From positions 240,001-272,000 of the forward strand of contig CP064995.1 of NCBI GenBank assembly GCA_016700015.1: a stretch of DNA of 32,000 bases, written 5' to 3'. Shown in pieces: positions 7,636 to 16,229 of this stretch. The stretch comes from Candidatus Saccharimonadota bacterium (lineage in GTDB: Bacteria > Patescibacteriota > Saccharimonadia > Saccharimonadales > Saccharimonadaceae). A program made the position numbers and the translations under genes. Numbering within the stretch: position 1 is the stretch's first letter; each line of letters starts with the position of its first letter. The notes beneath the pieces are model-generated. The model did not search any database, was not told where the DNA came from, and worked only from the letters and a program-made list of their open reading frames with translations.

Positions 7636-7797
7636 ATGTCCTTTGTCATTCAATACAATACGCTAAGTATCTTGGTATCGCCATCATGGGCTTTGCCTCG
7701 TGCGGTTTACATGACCACACAAATACCGTTATTGTTTATATTCGGCGTAGCTATTATTGCGGTGAGTATTACTATCATCGCAGGATGCGGAAGATAG
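7636..7797 (+). CDS. Candidate 53-aa single-TM micro-protein or upstream ORF preceding the ABC exporter
   Basis: My own translation gives MSFVIQYNTLSILVSPSWALPRAVYMTTQIPLLFIFGVAIIAVSITIIAGCGR*. It falls below the ORF-track cutoff. Its stop (7795-7797) overlaps the ABC exporter start at ATG 7785. Confidence 0.3.
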   Translation: MSFVIQYNTLSILVSPSWALPRAVYMTTQIPLLFIFGVAIIAVSITIIAGCGR

Positions 7798-9578
7798 TGC
7801 GCCCACTGCGTACCATAATTAGTTATACTAGCCATTTGCGGGCGTATATGGTTGCTGTTGCGGTTCTGGCGGTATTTACGTCGCTTATGGCGTTTGTGCC
7901 ACCGTTTGTTATTAAGCTTGTGACCGACTGGGTAGTGCACATATCACAAGGAACCACGATGTTTAGCTGGCAACAATTAGGGGCATACGCGCTGGTGCTG
8001 ATTGGTGTTGCGGTGCTAAGCGCAGTGATCGCAGACATCAACGGCTATTTAGGAGATCAGTTATCAATCCGTGCTCGTCATCAATTGTCGACGGCCTACT
8101 ATGGACACTTACTAAAGTTGCCACAGCAGTATTATGACAATGAAATTAGCGGCAAGATTATAAATCGACTTAGTAGGGCGATAACTGACATTACCAACTT
8201 TTTGCAATTCTTCTCGAACAATCTTCTCCAGATGCTACTTACCACTATCCTGACACTATTTGTTTTATTGTGGTATAGCTGGGGGTTGGCATTGTTGTTT
8301 GCGGTGCTCATTCCGGCAAATTTGTATCTGACGGCAAAAACAAGTGGTAAATGGCAAGCACTTGAAAAACAAAAGAATCACCATTTCGATATTGCGAGCG
8401 GTCGATTTGCGGAGGTAATCGCACAAGTACGCTTAGTAAAAAGTTTTGTTACTGAAAAACGGGAGTTCCGCTTTTTTGACAATGAAGTAAAACAAATGAT
8501 TGGTCTCACCGCAGACCAGTCGCGGCACTGGCACATGATGAATTTCCTGCGCGGTCTGGTATTTGGTATCATTCGCGCTCTCAGCCTTATTCTCATATTC
8601 TATCTTGCTGCTAATAAGCAATTAACAATCGGTGATATTGCAATGCTCGTGGTTCTTATTCAGCAGGCGAGCATGCCGCTCAATGGTCTTAGTTTCTTTG
8701 TCGATAGTTATCAGCGAGCAGTTGCAAATAGCAAGGACTATATTGACGCCATGAATGAGCCAATCGAGCCTGACGATAGTGCGCGGAAGAAATTGGCTAT
8801 AACAACAGCCCGCGTCGATTTTCGTGATGTTAGTTTTGGGTATAATACGCAACACCATGTTCTTGATGGGGTGAGTTTTTCAATCCTGCCGGGTCAAAAG
8901 TTGGCATTAGTTGGTGAATCGGGTGGCGGCAAAACGACGATTTCAAATCTACTCATGGGACTTTATGTGCCACAACAGGGAGCGATTCTTATTGATGGAC
9001 AAGCAACTGACACTATTCGACGGCGCGACCTGCGGCAATCGATAGCCACTGTATTTCAAGACGCCTCGCTTTTTAGCGGAACGATACGAGAAAACATTGC
9101 CTATGCGAAACCGGGTGCAAGTGATAAAGAAATATTTGCTGCCGCCAAAGTAGCTAACGCGCTAGGATTCATCAACAAACTCGACAAAGGACTTAACACC
9201 GAGATTGGCGAGCGTGGCATAAAGTTGAGTGGTGGCCAAAAACAGCGACTTGCTATCGCCCGCGCCGTGTTGAAAGATGCACCAATCTTAATTCTCGATG
9301 AGGCAACCAGTAGTCTGGATAGTCGGGCTGAACACGAAGTGCAAGAGGCACTTAATCGACTCATGCAGGGGCGAACAGTGCTTATTATTGCTCATCGACT
9401 TAGCACAATTGCTGGCGTTGATGTAATAGTGACACTAAAAGACGGTCGTGTCGACGAAGTCGGTACGCCCGCAAGGCTTGCTATGACAAATGGTATCTAC
9501 GGTCAGCTTTTGGCGCTTCAGATGGGCACTACTGAAGCCGCAAAGAAGAAATTAGCCGAGTACGAAATCACCAGTTAG
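7785..9578 (+). CDS. ABC exporter, fused permease/ATPase half-transporter (MsbA/CydDC-like architecture)
   Basis: Six N-terminal TM helices, Walker A GESGGGKTT, signature LSGGQKQRLAIARA and Walker B ILILDEATS. The start is moved to MRKIVRPL... because the upstream 33 codons (rich in C/H/Y) look non-coding. Confidence 0.9.
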   Translation: MRKIVRPLRTIISYTSHLRAYMVAVAVLAVFTSLMAFVPPFVIKLVTDWVVHISQGTTMFSWQQLGAYALVLIGVAVLSAVIADINGYLGDQLSIRARHQLSTAYYGHLLKLPQQYYDNEISGKIINRLSRAITDITNFLQFFSNNLLQMLLTTILTLFVLLWYSWGLALLFAVLIPANLYLTAKTSGKWQALEKQKNHHFDIASGRFAEVIAQVRLVKSFVTEKREFRFFDNEVKQMIGLTADQSRHWHMMNFLRGLVFGIIRALSLILIFYLAANKQLTIGDIAMLVVLIQQASMPLNGLSFFVDSYQRAVANSKDYIDAMNEPIEPDDSARKKLAITTARVDFRDVSFGYNTQHHVLDGVSFSILPGQKLALVGESGGGKTTISNLLMGLYVPQQGAILIDGQATDTIRRRDLRQSIATVFQDASLFSGTIRENIAYAKPGASDKEIFAAAKVANALGFINKLDKGLNTEIGERGIKLSGGQKQRLAIARAVLKDAPILILDEATSSLDSRAEHEVQEALNRLMQGRTVLIIAHRLSTIAGVDVIVTLKDGRVDEVGTPARLAMTNGIYGQLLALQMGTTEAAKKKLAEYEITS

Positions 9579-10108
9579 GGATGACGGTTAATCTGTTTTA
9601 GCGCGAAACGGTAAACGGCAACAATCGGTATGAGCGATATAGCAAGGATTGGCATGCCAAGCCATAGTACCAGCTCCATATTAGCTGTATCGGGCACGAA
9701 CTGTCTCTCGATAATTGCCGGAACAATAATAGCCAGCGCCCAGAGCAGTGAGATCACGCCCAGAAGATAGGTGGTAAGTAATAATCCATAAAGGACTCGC
9801 AACTTGCGGGATGTATAGAAAATGACCAAATACAGTGAGCCGCGGAGCAAGATCGAAACAGTGAGCAGGGCAATTGGCCACCACAGCGCGCCGCCAATAT
9901 GAACCAGCAGACCACTAAATGTGATCATGAACTGTGCATATGCAAAAACGAGAAGGGTATGTGTGACCTCAGTCGATGCTTGGACAAATATAAGATTACG
10001 CCCAGCTGGTTTCTGTGTAATGCGCAGTGTTAGCCATATTTCAAGCACACTAAAGAAGAGATAAATAATAACCGGCACGAGAATAAGGCAATAAAGCACG
10101 GCTACCAC
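9575..10108 (-). CDS. 177-aa polytopic membrane protein occupying the CydB position; non-canonical partner of CydA
   Basis: About 5-6 hydrophobic helices. Its start overlaps the cydA stop by 7 nt. It is about half the length of a typical CydB and lacks the usual N-terminal DGFD-like pattern. Confidence 0.5.
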   Translation of the reverse strand: MVAVLYCLILVPVIIYLFFSVLEIWLTLRITQKPAGRNLIFVQASTEVTHTLLVFAYAQFMITFSGLLVHIGGALWWPIALLTVSILLRGSLYLVIFYTSRKLRVLYGLLLTTYLLGVISLLWALAIIVPAIIERQFVPDTANMELVLWLGMPILAISLIPIVAVYRFALKQINRHP

Positions 10109-11364
10109 GACTGTTTCTCCTCGCTACGCCAGCGCCGTGTCGTATAGACCAGAGCATACGTAGTTGTGAGCCCGAGGAGTACAAACAGTACTATAAATAG
10201 GTACTGAGTGCGATGAATATTGGCGCCTAGCGTATACGCAGACTCTGTGCTGAGTTTGCCGACGACTGTCCAGGTTTGACGACCGAATTCTGTGATAAGC
10301 CAACCGAGTTCAAGCATGACGAATCCGATACTACTGAAAGGGACTAGTACAATGCGTAGCCATCGCGGCTGTTTGTGAATTCGCCATCCATACCATACGA
10401 CGAGCAATATAATAGCGCATGAGAGCCCGACAAGGATCATTTTGATGTCGAACATCGTATGCACAACTAAGAAAGGCCATTGGTCACGAGGAATTTCATT
10501 AAGACCTTGCACTTTTGTATCAGTGGACCATCCTACCAGCCAACTAAGGACACCTGGCAATACAATACCACCCGTTGCTTTGCCACTATCATCAATCATG
10601 CCGCCAATTCGCAGAGGAGCATTTGTCTGAGTGTTGTCTAGAATTTCAATTGCAGCTAATTTGTGCGGCTGAGTCGATGCGAGTAATACCGCGGATTGAT
10701 GTCCCAGCACGGCGAGCGCGATAAGTAGTAGCCCGGCAATAACACCAAGCTGCAGCATAACAGACTGCAAGAATTTTTGCGCTACTAGCGTTTGTTTTTT
10801 TAGACTCCGCCACGCGATATAGCCAAGCACCAAAACAGTCGTGGAGAATAGGTAGCTGGCAACAGAGTGCATTACTTCATTGGCGGTTGTAGCGGTAAAT
10901 ATCGCTTCGGGGTTATTCATGTAGGCGTTCACCGACGTAATAAAGAATGCGGAACCAATCGTGCCGATGCTAATTGGTAGTCCGATCCAAAAATGCTTTA
11001 TGCTGCCGATTGTATTTAACGTGCCTAAGTACCAGCTTAGGAACACCGCTTCAATGAGGAACATATAGCCCTCAAGCTGAAAAAGAACACCCACGCTAGG
11101 GCGCACGTGATCAAGAAAAGGTGCCCACAGTGTCGACAACTGAAGCGCAACTGCAGTTCCGGTGAAAACGCCGGCAACTACAAATACGGCAGCCCAAAGC
11201 GCCAGTAGGCGTGTTAGCCGTCGGTACTCATGGCTTTTGTGTCTCCAAGCCTGCCATTCAAAATAGCTCATTAGTACCGGCAAGCCGATAGAAATGGTGA
11301 CAATAATGATATGTACAGCAAGAGTATGTCCGATGAGCTCGCGTCCAGCTGAGAGGGCATCCAT
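10102..11364 (-). CDS. cydA: Cytochrome bd-type quinol oxidase subunit I (short Q-loop)
   Basis: N-terminal His-containing helix (GHTLAVHIII), LEGYMFLIEAVFL, the Q-loop motif QPHKLAAIE, and GWLITEFGRQTWTV. Confidence 0.85.
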   Translation of the reverse strand: MDALSAGRELIGHTLAVHIIIVTISIGLPVLMSYFEWQAWRHKSHEYRRLTRLLALWAAVFVVAGVFTGTAVALQLSTLWAPFLDHVRPSVGVLFQLEGYMFLIEAVFLSWYLGTLNTIGSIKHFWIGLPISIGTIGSAFFITSVNAYMNNPEAIFTATTANEVMHSVASYLFSTTVLVLGYIAWRSLKKQTLVAQKFLQSVMLQLGVIAGLLLIALAVLGHQSAVLLASTQPHKLAAIEILDNTQTNAPLRIGGMIDDSGKATGGIVLPGVLSWLVGWSTDTKVQGLNEIPRDQWPFLVVHTMFDIKMILVGLSCAIILLVVWYGWRIHKQPRWLRIVLVPFSSIGFVMLELGWLITEFGRQTWTVVGKLSTESAYTLGANIHRTQYLFIVLFVLLGLTTTYALVYTTRRWRSEEKQSW

Positions 11365-11452
11365 GGGATATATTCGCTTTCTTCTTTATGCTTATGGCTA
11401 TGTTTGCTATTATACATGCTGTGATAAAAATAATAACTATACGAGAAAGCTA

Positions 11453-12655
11453 ATGGCGGTCCAGGTTACGATTGTCGGTGGGGGTTTTGGTGGAGTAAAA
11501 GCCGCGCTGGAGATCGCAAAGGACTCGAAAAGTCATGTTACACTTATTACTGATAGAGCCGACTTTCAGTACTACCCTACGCTCTATAGCAGTGCCACTG
11601 GCCATAGTCATGCCGAAAGTTGGGCGCCGCTTGGTGAGATTTTTGCCGATCATCCCAATGTTCACGTCTATGTCGATGAGATACAATCGATTGATCCAAC
11701 AACCAAGTCGGTGATTGGCGTGTCGGGAACTCGCTATGACTACAAAACGCTCATCATTGCCATAGGGGTTGTCACTACCTACTTCAATATCCCCGGGCTC
11801 GAAACCTACGCCTATGGGATAAAAAATGCCGATGAAATTCACCGTCTAAAACAGCGGCTATTTATTGATATCGCCGAGAAGGGTGAGCTTGACAAGAACT
11901 ATGTCATCATTGGAGCCGGACCAACCGGTGTCGAGCTAGCGGGTGCGATCGGTGAATATATCCGCCGACTATGTGATAACTACAGGGTGCGAAACGATAA
12001 GGCTAAAGTACGGCTTATCGAAGCTGCACCACGTGTATTGCCGCGGTCACACAAGAAAGTTAGCCAGAATGTGGCTCGCAGGCTCAGGGGACTTGGCGTC
12101 CGTATCGAAACCAACAAGCGTGTCGAGAAAGCTAATGCCCACGAATTGATTGTAAGCGGAAGTCCTATCGAGAGCCACACCGTTATTTGGACATCTGGTG
12201 TCTGCAATCATCCACTATTTGCGCGTCATCCTGACATTTTTACACTAGCCAAAAATGGTCGGGTGCAAGTTGACGACAAATTACAAGCTTACGAAGCCAT
12301 CTATGTTATTGGGGACAATGCCGCCACGCCATATACGGGACTTGCGCAAACTGCTATTCATGATGCGAGATTTGTAGCCCGTCATCTCATGCATCGTACC
12401 GCGAAGCGTAGCTACCGGGCCGTACAGCCAGTACAGGCCATCCCAGTTGGTGCGGGATGGGCGGTAATCGAGTGGCGCTGGATACGAATTTATGGGTGGC
12501 TTGGGGCATGGATACGTCGTGTCGCTGACCTAGTGGGCTATAGCGAGCTTTTGCCGCTCGGCACATCTCTAGGATCGTGGCGTGCCGCGAAAGTATATGA
12601 AAACGATTATTTTACTCCAACTTCACGCACGATTCCTCGTCGTAAAAAACAGTAA
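11453..12655 (+). CDS. ndh: Type II NADH dehydrogenase (NDH-2), FAD-dependent pyridine nucleotide-disulfide oxidoreductase
   Basis: VTIVGGGFGGV and VIIGAGPTGVELAG dinucleotide-binding motifs. The start is set at ATG 11453 (MAVQVTIVGGG); the longer track ORF runs antisense into cydA. Confidence 0.8.
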   Translation: MAVQVTIVGGGFGGVKAALEIAKDSKSHVTLITDRADFQYYPTLYSSATGHSHAESWAPLGEIFADHPNVHVYVDEIQSIDPTTKSVIGVSGTRYDYKTLIIAIGVVTTYFNIPGLETYAYGIKNADEIHRLKQRLFIDIAEKGELDKNYVIIGAGPTGVELAGAIGEYIRRLCDNYRVRNDKAKVRLIEAAPRVLPRSHKKVSQNVARRLRGLGVRIETNKRVEKANAHELIVSGSPIESHTVIWTSGVCNHPLFARHPDIFTLAKNGRVQVDDKLQAYEAIYVIGDNAATPYTGLAQTAIHDARFVARHLMHRTAKRSYRAVQPVQAIPVGAGWAVIEWRWIRIYGWLGAWIRRVADLVGYSELLPLGTSLGSWRAAKVYENDYFTPTSRTIPRRKKQ

Positions 12656-12696
12656 CCTGAGCGACCAATTGCAGGCGTCAAACCCGTGTAATGTTT

Positions 12697-12704
12697 GCTA
12701 TAAT
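12697..12704 (+). promoter_or_regulatory. Extended -10 promoter element (TGcTATAAT) upstream of the FKBP gene
   Basis: Sequence ttTGcTATAATag, followed by SD AGAGGAA before ATG 12734. Confidence 0.35.
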
Positions 12705-12733
12705 AGTGTTAAAAGCTAACGACAGAGGAATAT

Positions 12734-13417
12734 ATGGCGACAACGAAAACCCAGCGCTGGGGTATACTGGCAATCCTGATAGTGACTGTTATTGGTACGG
12801 TTGGTTCATTTGCGGTTATGATACTTGCCTCGGAAAATCAGGCGAACGATTCGGCAAAACAGCAACAAGCCTATGATGAGTATCAAAAACGCTCGCAGGA
12901 GTATCAACAGAAAGTGACAGCTCAGGCCGACGAACTTTCCGTACAGTACCATGAGACGTTTGCGCCATACGCTGATAATGTGATTGAGTTTGATAGTGCG
13001 AGTGTTACTAGCCTCACTACAAATGATATCGTCATCGGTGAAGGAGAAGAAATTAGCGGCTCAACACCGTTTGCTGCTTATTATGTTGGCTGGAATCCAA
13101 AAGGAAAAGTATTTGACAGTAGTATTGATACTGATAAGAGTAAACTGAAAGCTCCGCTGTTTGCTAATGTAAGTCTCGACAAGGGGCTCGACAATGCAAC
13201 GCTAATCACCGGTTGGAAAGAGGGTATGAAGGGGATGCGTGTTGGTGGTATTCGTGAGATCACCATTCCATCCGACAAAGCCTATGGAGAGCAGGGGCAG
13301 GGTGACGATATTCCGCCAAACACACCACTTAAATTTATTGTCATGGCAATTTCTGCGCCCGCTGTGATAGAACAGCCGAGTATTCCGGCAGAGCTCTACC
13401 AAGGAATGACTAGATAG
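12734..13417 (+). CDS. Membrane-anchored FKBP-type peptidyl-prolyl cis-trans isomerase
   Basis: N-terminal TM (WGILAILIVTVIGTVGSFAVMIL), a Q-rich linker, and the FKBP core GWNPKGKVFDSS...ITGWKEGMKGMRVGGIREITIPSDKAYG...PLKFIV. Confidence 0.85.
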   Translation: MATTKTQRWGILAILIVTVIGTVGSFAVMILASENQANDSAKQQQAYDEYQKRSQEYQQKVTAQADELSVQYHETFAPYADNVIEFDSASVTSLTTNDIVIGEGEEISGSTPFAAYYVGWNPKGKVFDSSIDTDKSKLKAPLFANVSLDKGLDNATLITGWKEGMKGMRVGGIREITIPSDKAYGEQGQGDDIPPNTPLKFIVMAISAPAVIEQPSIPAELYQGMTR

Positions 13418-13425
13418 GGGGATAT

Positions 13426-14367
13426 ATGGATGAACACGCAATAAGAGATGTTATCATGGTGGGCGCCGGCCCCAGTGCACTAGCGGCGGCTATTTATACA
13501 ACGCGTGAGAATATCGATACCGTTCTGTATGAAAAGGGCGTTGTCGGTGGATTAGCGGCTATCACTGATAAAGTTGACAACTATCCTGGCTTCGCCGATG
13601 GCGTTGAGGGTATGGTGCTCGCCGAACAGTTGCAAAAACAAGCAGAGCGGTTTGGTGCCCATATTGAATATGGTGATGTAACCGCGGTGCGCGACGAGGG
13701 TGATTATCGAGTGGTGACTGTGGATGGAAATGAGGTAAAGGCTCGTGCTGTACTTGTAGCAACAGGAAGCGATTACAATAAACTTGGTATTCCAGGTGAG
13801 GCGGAATACTATGGTCGCGGTGTCCACTACTGTGCCACTTGTGATGGCGCATTTTACCGCGACAAGCGGATTGTCGTAGTGGGTGGTGGCAATAGTGGTG
13901 TACAAGAAGCCATATTTCTGACACGGTTCGCAAATCACATCGACCTTTTGGTACGTAGTACGCTGAAAGCAAGTGATATTCTCCAGCGCGATTTGCAACA
14001 GTACATAGACGAAGGGCAGGTTACGGTTCATCTTCAGACGGTTCCGACTGAAATTGTGGCCGGTGATGATGGCAAGGTGCACAAGGTAAAAACTCTACAG
14101 AACAACGAACCAGTCGATATCGCCACAGACGGCGTATTCGTCTTTATTGGGCTTAAACCAAATACGCAATTTTTGGCCGGTAGTGGTGTCGAGCTCGACG
14201 AACATAATCTCGTAAAAACAGATGTTCACCTGGCGACGAATGTGCCCGGTGTCTATGCAAGTGGCGATGTCCGTAGTGGCGCAACCATGCAAGTGGCCAG
14301 TGCTGTGGGTGAAGGCGCAACCGCTGCACTTTCGATACGCGAATTTATCGATAGCTCGAAACAGTAA
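13426..14367 (+). CDS. trxB: Thioredoxin-disulfide reductase
   Basis: GAGPSALAAAIY, the redox-active CATCDG, and GGGNSGVQEA. Confidence 0.9.
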   Translation: MDEHAIRDVIMVGAGPSALAAAIYTTRENIDTVLYEKGVVGGLAAITDKVDNYPGFADGVEGMVLAEQLQKQAERFGAHIEYGDVTAVRDEGDYRVVTVDGNEVKARAVLVATGSDYNKLGIPGEAEYYGRGVHYCATCDGAFYRDKRIVVVGGGNSGVQEAIFLTRFANHIDLLVRSTLKASDILQRDLQQYIDEGQVTVHLQTVPTEIVAGDDGKVHKVKTLQNNEPVDIATDGVFVFIGLKPNTQFLAGSGVELDEHNLVKTDVHLATNVPGVYASGDVRSGATMQVASAVGEGATAALSIREFIDSSKQ

Positions 14368-14373
14368 AGTAAA

Positions 14374-15102
14374 TTAGCTTTCTTGTTTTATGGCGTCGCG
14401 AAACTTGTCGGGATAATTAGTGACGATGCCATTAACACCCTGTTTTTTCAAATGAGGAAGAGCAGAGGGCCGATCGACGGTATAAGCATAGATGAATAGT
14501 TTTGCACGCTTTGCAATCTCAATAGCAAAGGGGTTAAGGTAGAGTCGATGAAATCCGACTGCCGTTAGTCGCAGAAAGCGCTGGTAGGCTACAAAAAGAA
14601 AGGGGTTTTCATGATGCAACATCGCCAGATTCGCATGATCCGCCAGGCGGCGCACGCGCAGCAGTTCACTTCCGCGAAATGATGATATTAACACATTGTC
14701 CCAATCAGCAACTTTTTGAATGTAGGATTTTTTTAGCAGTTGTATGAGCAGTTCGCCGCTGCCCCTACTTTTTAGTTCGATATTCAGCAAAATGCGACCG
14801 AAATAGCGATCAAGAATAACATCTAATCGTGTAATTGGGGGATATTTTTCAGACAATGATTGAAGTTCCTGGTAGGTCGAGCGACTAATCAGCGATGCTT
14901 TGTGATGGGTGCGAATAGTGTGAAAGTCATGGACAACGACAAGAATATTGTCGCGGGTCAAACGGACATCAAATTCTAGTATATCTGCCCCCGCGTCAAT
15001 ACCAGCTTGAAACGCTTCAAGTGTATTTTCGGGAGCTAGCCCTGCTGCGCCCCTGTGCCCGATGATGAGCACACTGTTTGGTGGAGCTTCCATGATAAGC
15101 AT
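14374..15102 (-). CDS. Glycerophosphodiester phosphodiesterase (GDPD family). The true start is possibly ATG 15093.
   Basis: IIGHRGAAGLAPENTLEAFQAGIDAGADILEFDVRLTRDNILVVVHD. A TATACT box directly abuts the first ATG, which favours the second ATG. Confidence 0.85.
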   Translation of the reverse strand: MLIMEAPPNSVLIIGHRGAAGLAPENTLEAFQAGIDAGADILEFDVRLTRDNILVVVHDFHTIRTHHKASLISRSTYQELQSLSEKYPPITRLDVILDRYFGRILLNIELKSRGSGELLIQLLKKSYIQKVADWDNVLISSFRGSELLRVRRLADHANLAMLHHENPFLFVAYQRFLRLTAVGFHRLYLNPFAIEIAKRAKLFIYAYTVDRPSALPHLKKQGVNGIVTNYPDKFRDAIKQES

Positions 15103-15108
15103 AGTATA
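15103..15108 (-). promoter_or_regulatory. -10 box TATACT (minus strand) directly upstream of the GDPD gene
   Basis: The minus strand reads gtTATACTATGcttatcATG, giving 9 nt to the second ATG. Confidence 0.3.
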
Positions 15109-15157
15109 ACAGCTGGCCTAGGACTATTGCTATTTAATGAACGCTAACGAATGCCTT

Positions 15158-16159
15158 TTATTGAATATGCGAACTGAGAAACGACTCAAGCTGTTTGATA
15201 ATGGCTTTGTCACTTGTCTCGAGTGCAATTTCGCGGGTGCCCAAAAGCCCACCTACAAACATGAAGTTATGCGACCCAGTTAGGGCGACTTTGCGTTTGT
15301 CGGGCATTGTGAACAATATATATTTTGCATGCAGGTATTGCTCTTTCGTATACTGTGTTTCTTGACGTGTGGTTGTCATGCCAAAGCTGATAAGCAGACG
15401 ATTGAACCAGCTAGCGCTGCGCCAATGATTGAAATATAACGTGGCATGCTTGCGTCGAAGGATACGCTGGAGCTTGCCTGTCGGACAATACTGAGATACA
15501 AGTGTAATGTCCGTCGCTTGTTGGGCCAAGCGACAGGCACGCTGGTATATTACTGAGTTTGCAACAATGCCGCCATCGATGAGTACTGTCGAAGTATCTG
15601 AAATGGCGATAGAATGGTTTTTGGTAGCATGCCCGGCGCGATCGGCTTTAAGCAGGCGAAGGTGCTGTAAGAATAATTGATCGGCAAAGTCACGGTTTTT
15701 GAACTGGAGCATAAAGTCGTTATTCATGAAGCTCTCTTCGTCGATATTTATTCCACCGAAACTGAGTACGGTATCATCGGCGATAAGCCACTTGGAGTGA
15801 GTGCGGCCGGCAAATCCAACATTGCTTTTGCTACCAAGCCAGTGGAAGTCGGCACCATGCTGTTTAAGCTCGTGTTCGATCTTGATGGCGCTAAGCGCGC
15901 GCAGGGGATGACGTTTGGGGGAGCGTAAAATAAATTCCTTCGGCTCTGTATAGGTGTATGCATCGGCACAGACAGTAACAATGACTTTTCGATCGGCTGC
16001 TCGGCAAAGTGCATCAATAATACGCCGACTGCTATTGCTGTCAGCTCGAAACGTTGTCGCAACAAGGGCTACGCGCGAGGTAGCACTGTCAATAGCTTTC
16101 ACCGCGGCATCGGCAAAGTCACGAGCAATAATAAGTTTTGGTCGATGGAGTAGGGACAT
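15158..16159 (-). CDS. Phospholipase D superfamily protein with two HKD motifs (cardiolipin-synthase/PLD-like, no TM)
   Basis: HSKWLIADDTVLSFGGINI and HAKYILFTMPDKRKVALTGSHNF are two HxK(x)4D-type motifs. Confidence 0.75.
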   Translation of the reverse strand: MSLLHRPKLIIARDFADAAVKAIDSATSRVALVATTFRADSNSSRRIIDALCRAADRKVIVTVCADAYTYTEPKEFILRSPKRHPLRALSAIKIEHELKQHGADFHWLGSKSNVGFAGRTHSKWLIADDTVLSFGGINIDEESFMNNDFMLQFKNRDFADQLFLQHLRLLKADRAGHATKNHSIAISDTSTVLIDGGIVANSVIYQRACRLAQQATDITLVSQYCPTGKLQRILRRKHATLYFNHWRSASWFNRLLISFGMTTTRQETQYTKEQYLHAKYILFTMPDKRKVALTGSHNFMFVGGLLGTREIALETSDKAIIKQLESFLSSHIQ

Positions 16160-16229
16160 GGGCTTACATTAGTATATCGTACCGCTACAAAAGCTGATAC
16201 ACTTATTGGTAAGTAAGCGAAAGGAAACT

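Noticed and set aside
7686-7784. Longer N-terminal extension of the ABC exporter proposed by the ORF track (MGFASCGLHDHTNTVIVYIRRSYYCGEYYYHRR...).
   Set aside because: The C/H/Y-rich composition looks non-coding. The canonical exporter N-terminus begins at MRKIVRPL (7785), and another frame in the same region gives a more plausible small TM ORF.
11294-11452. Upstream extension of the NDH-2 ORF.
   Set aside because: It runs antisense through the cydA 5' end and the promoter region. The Rossmann motif follows immediately after ATG 11453.
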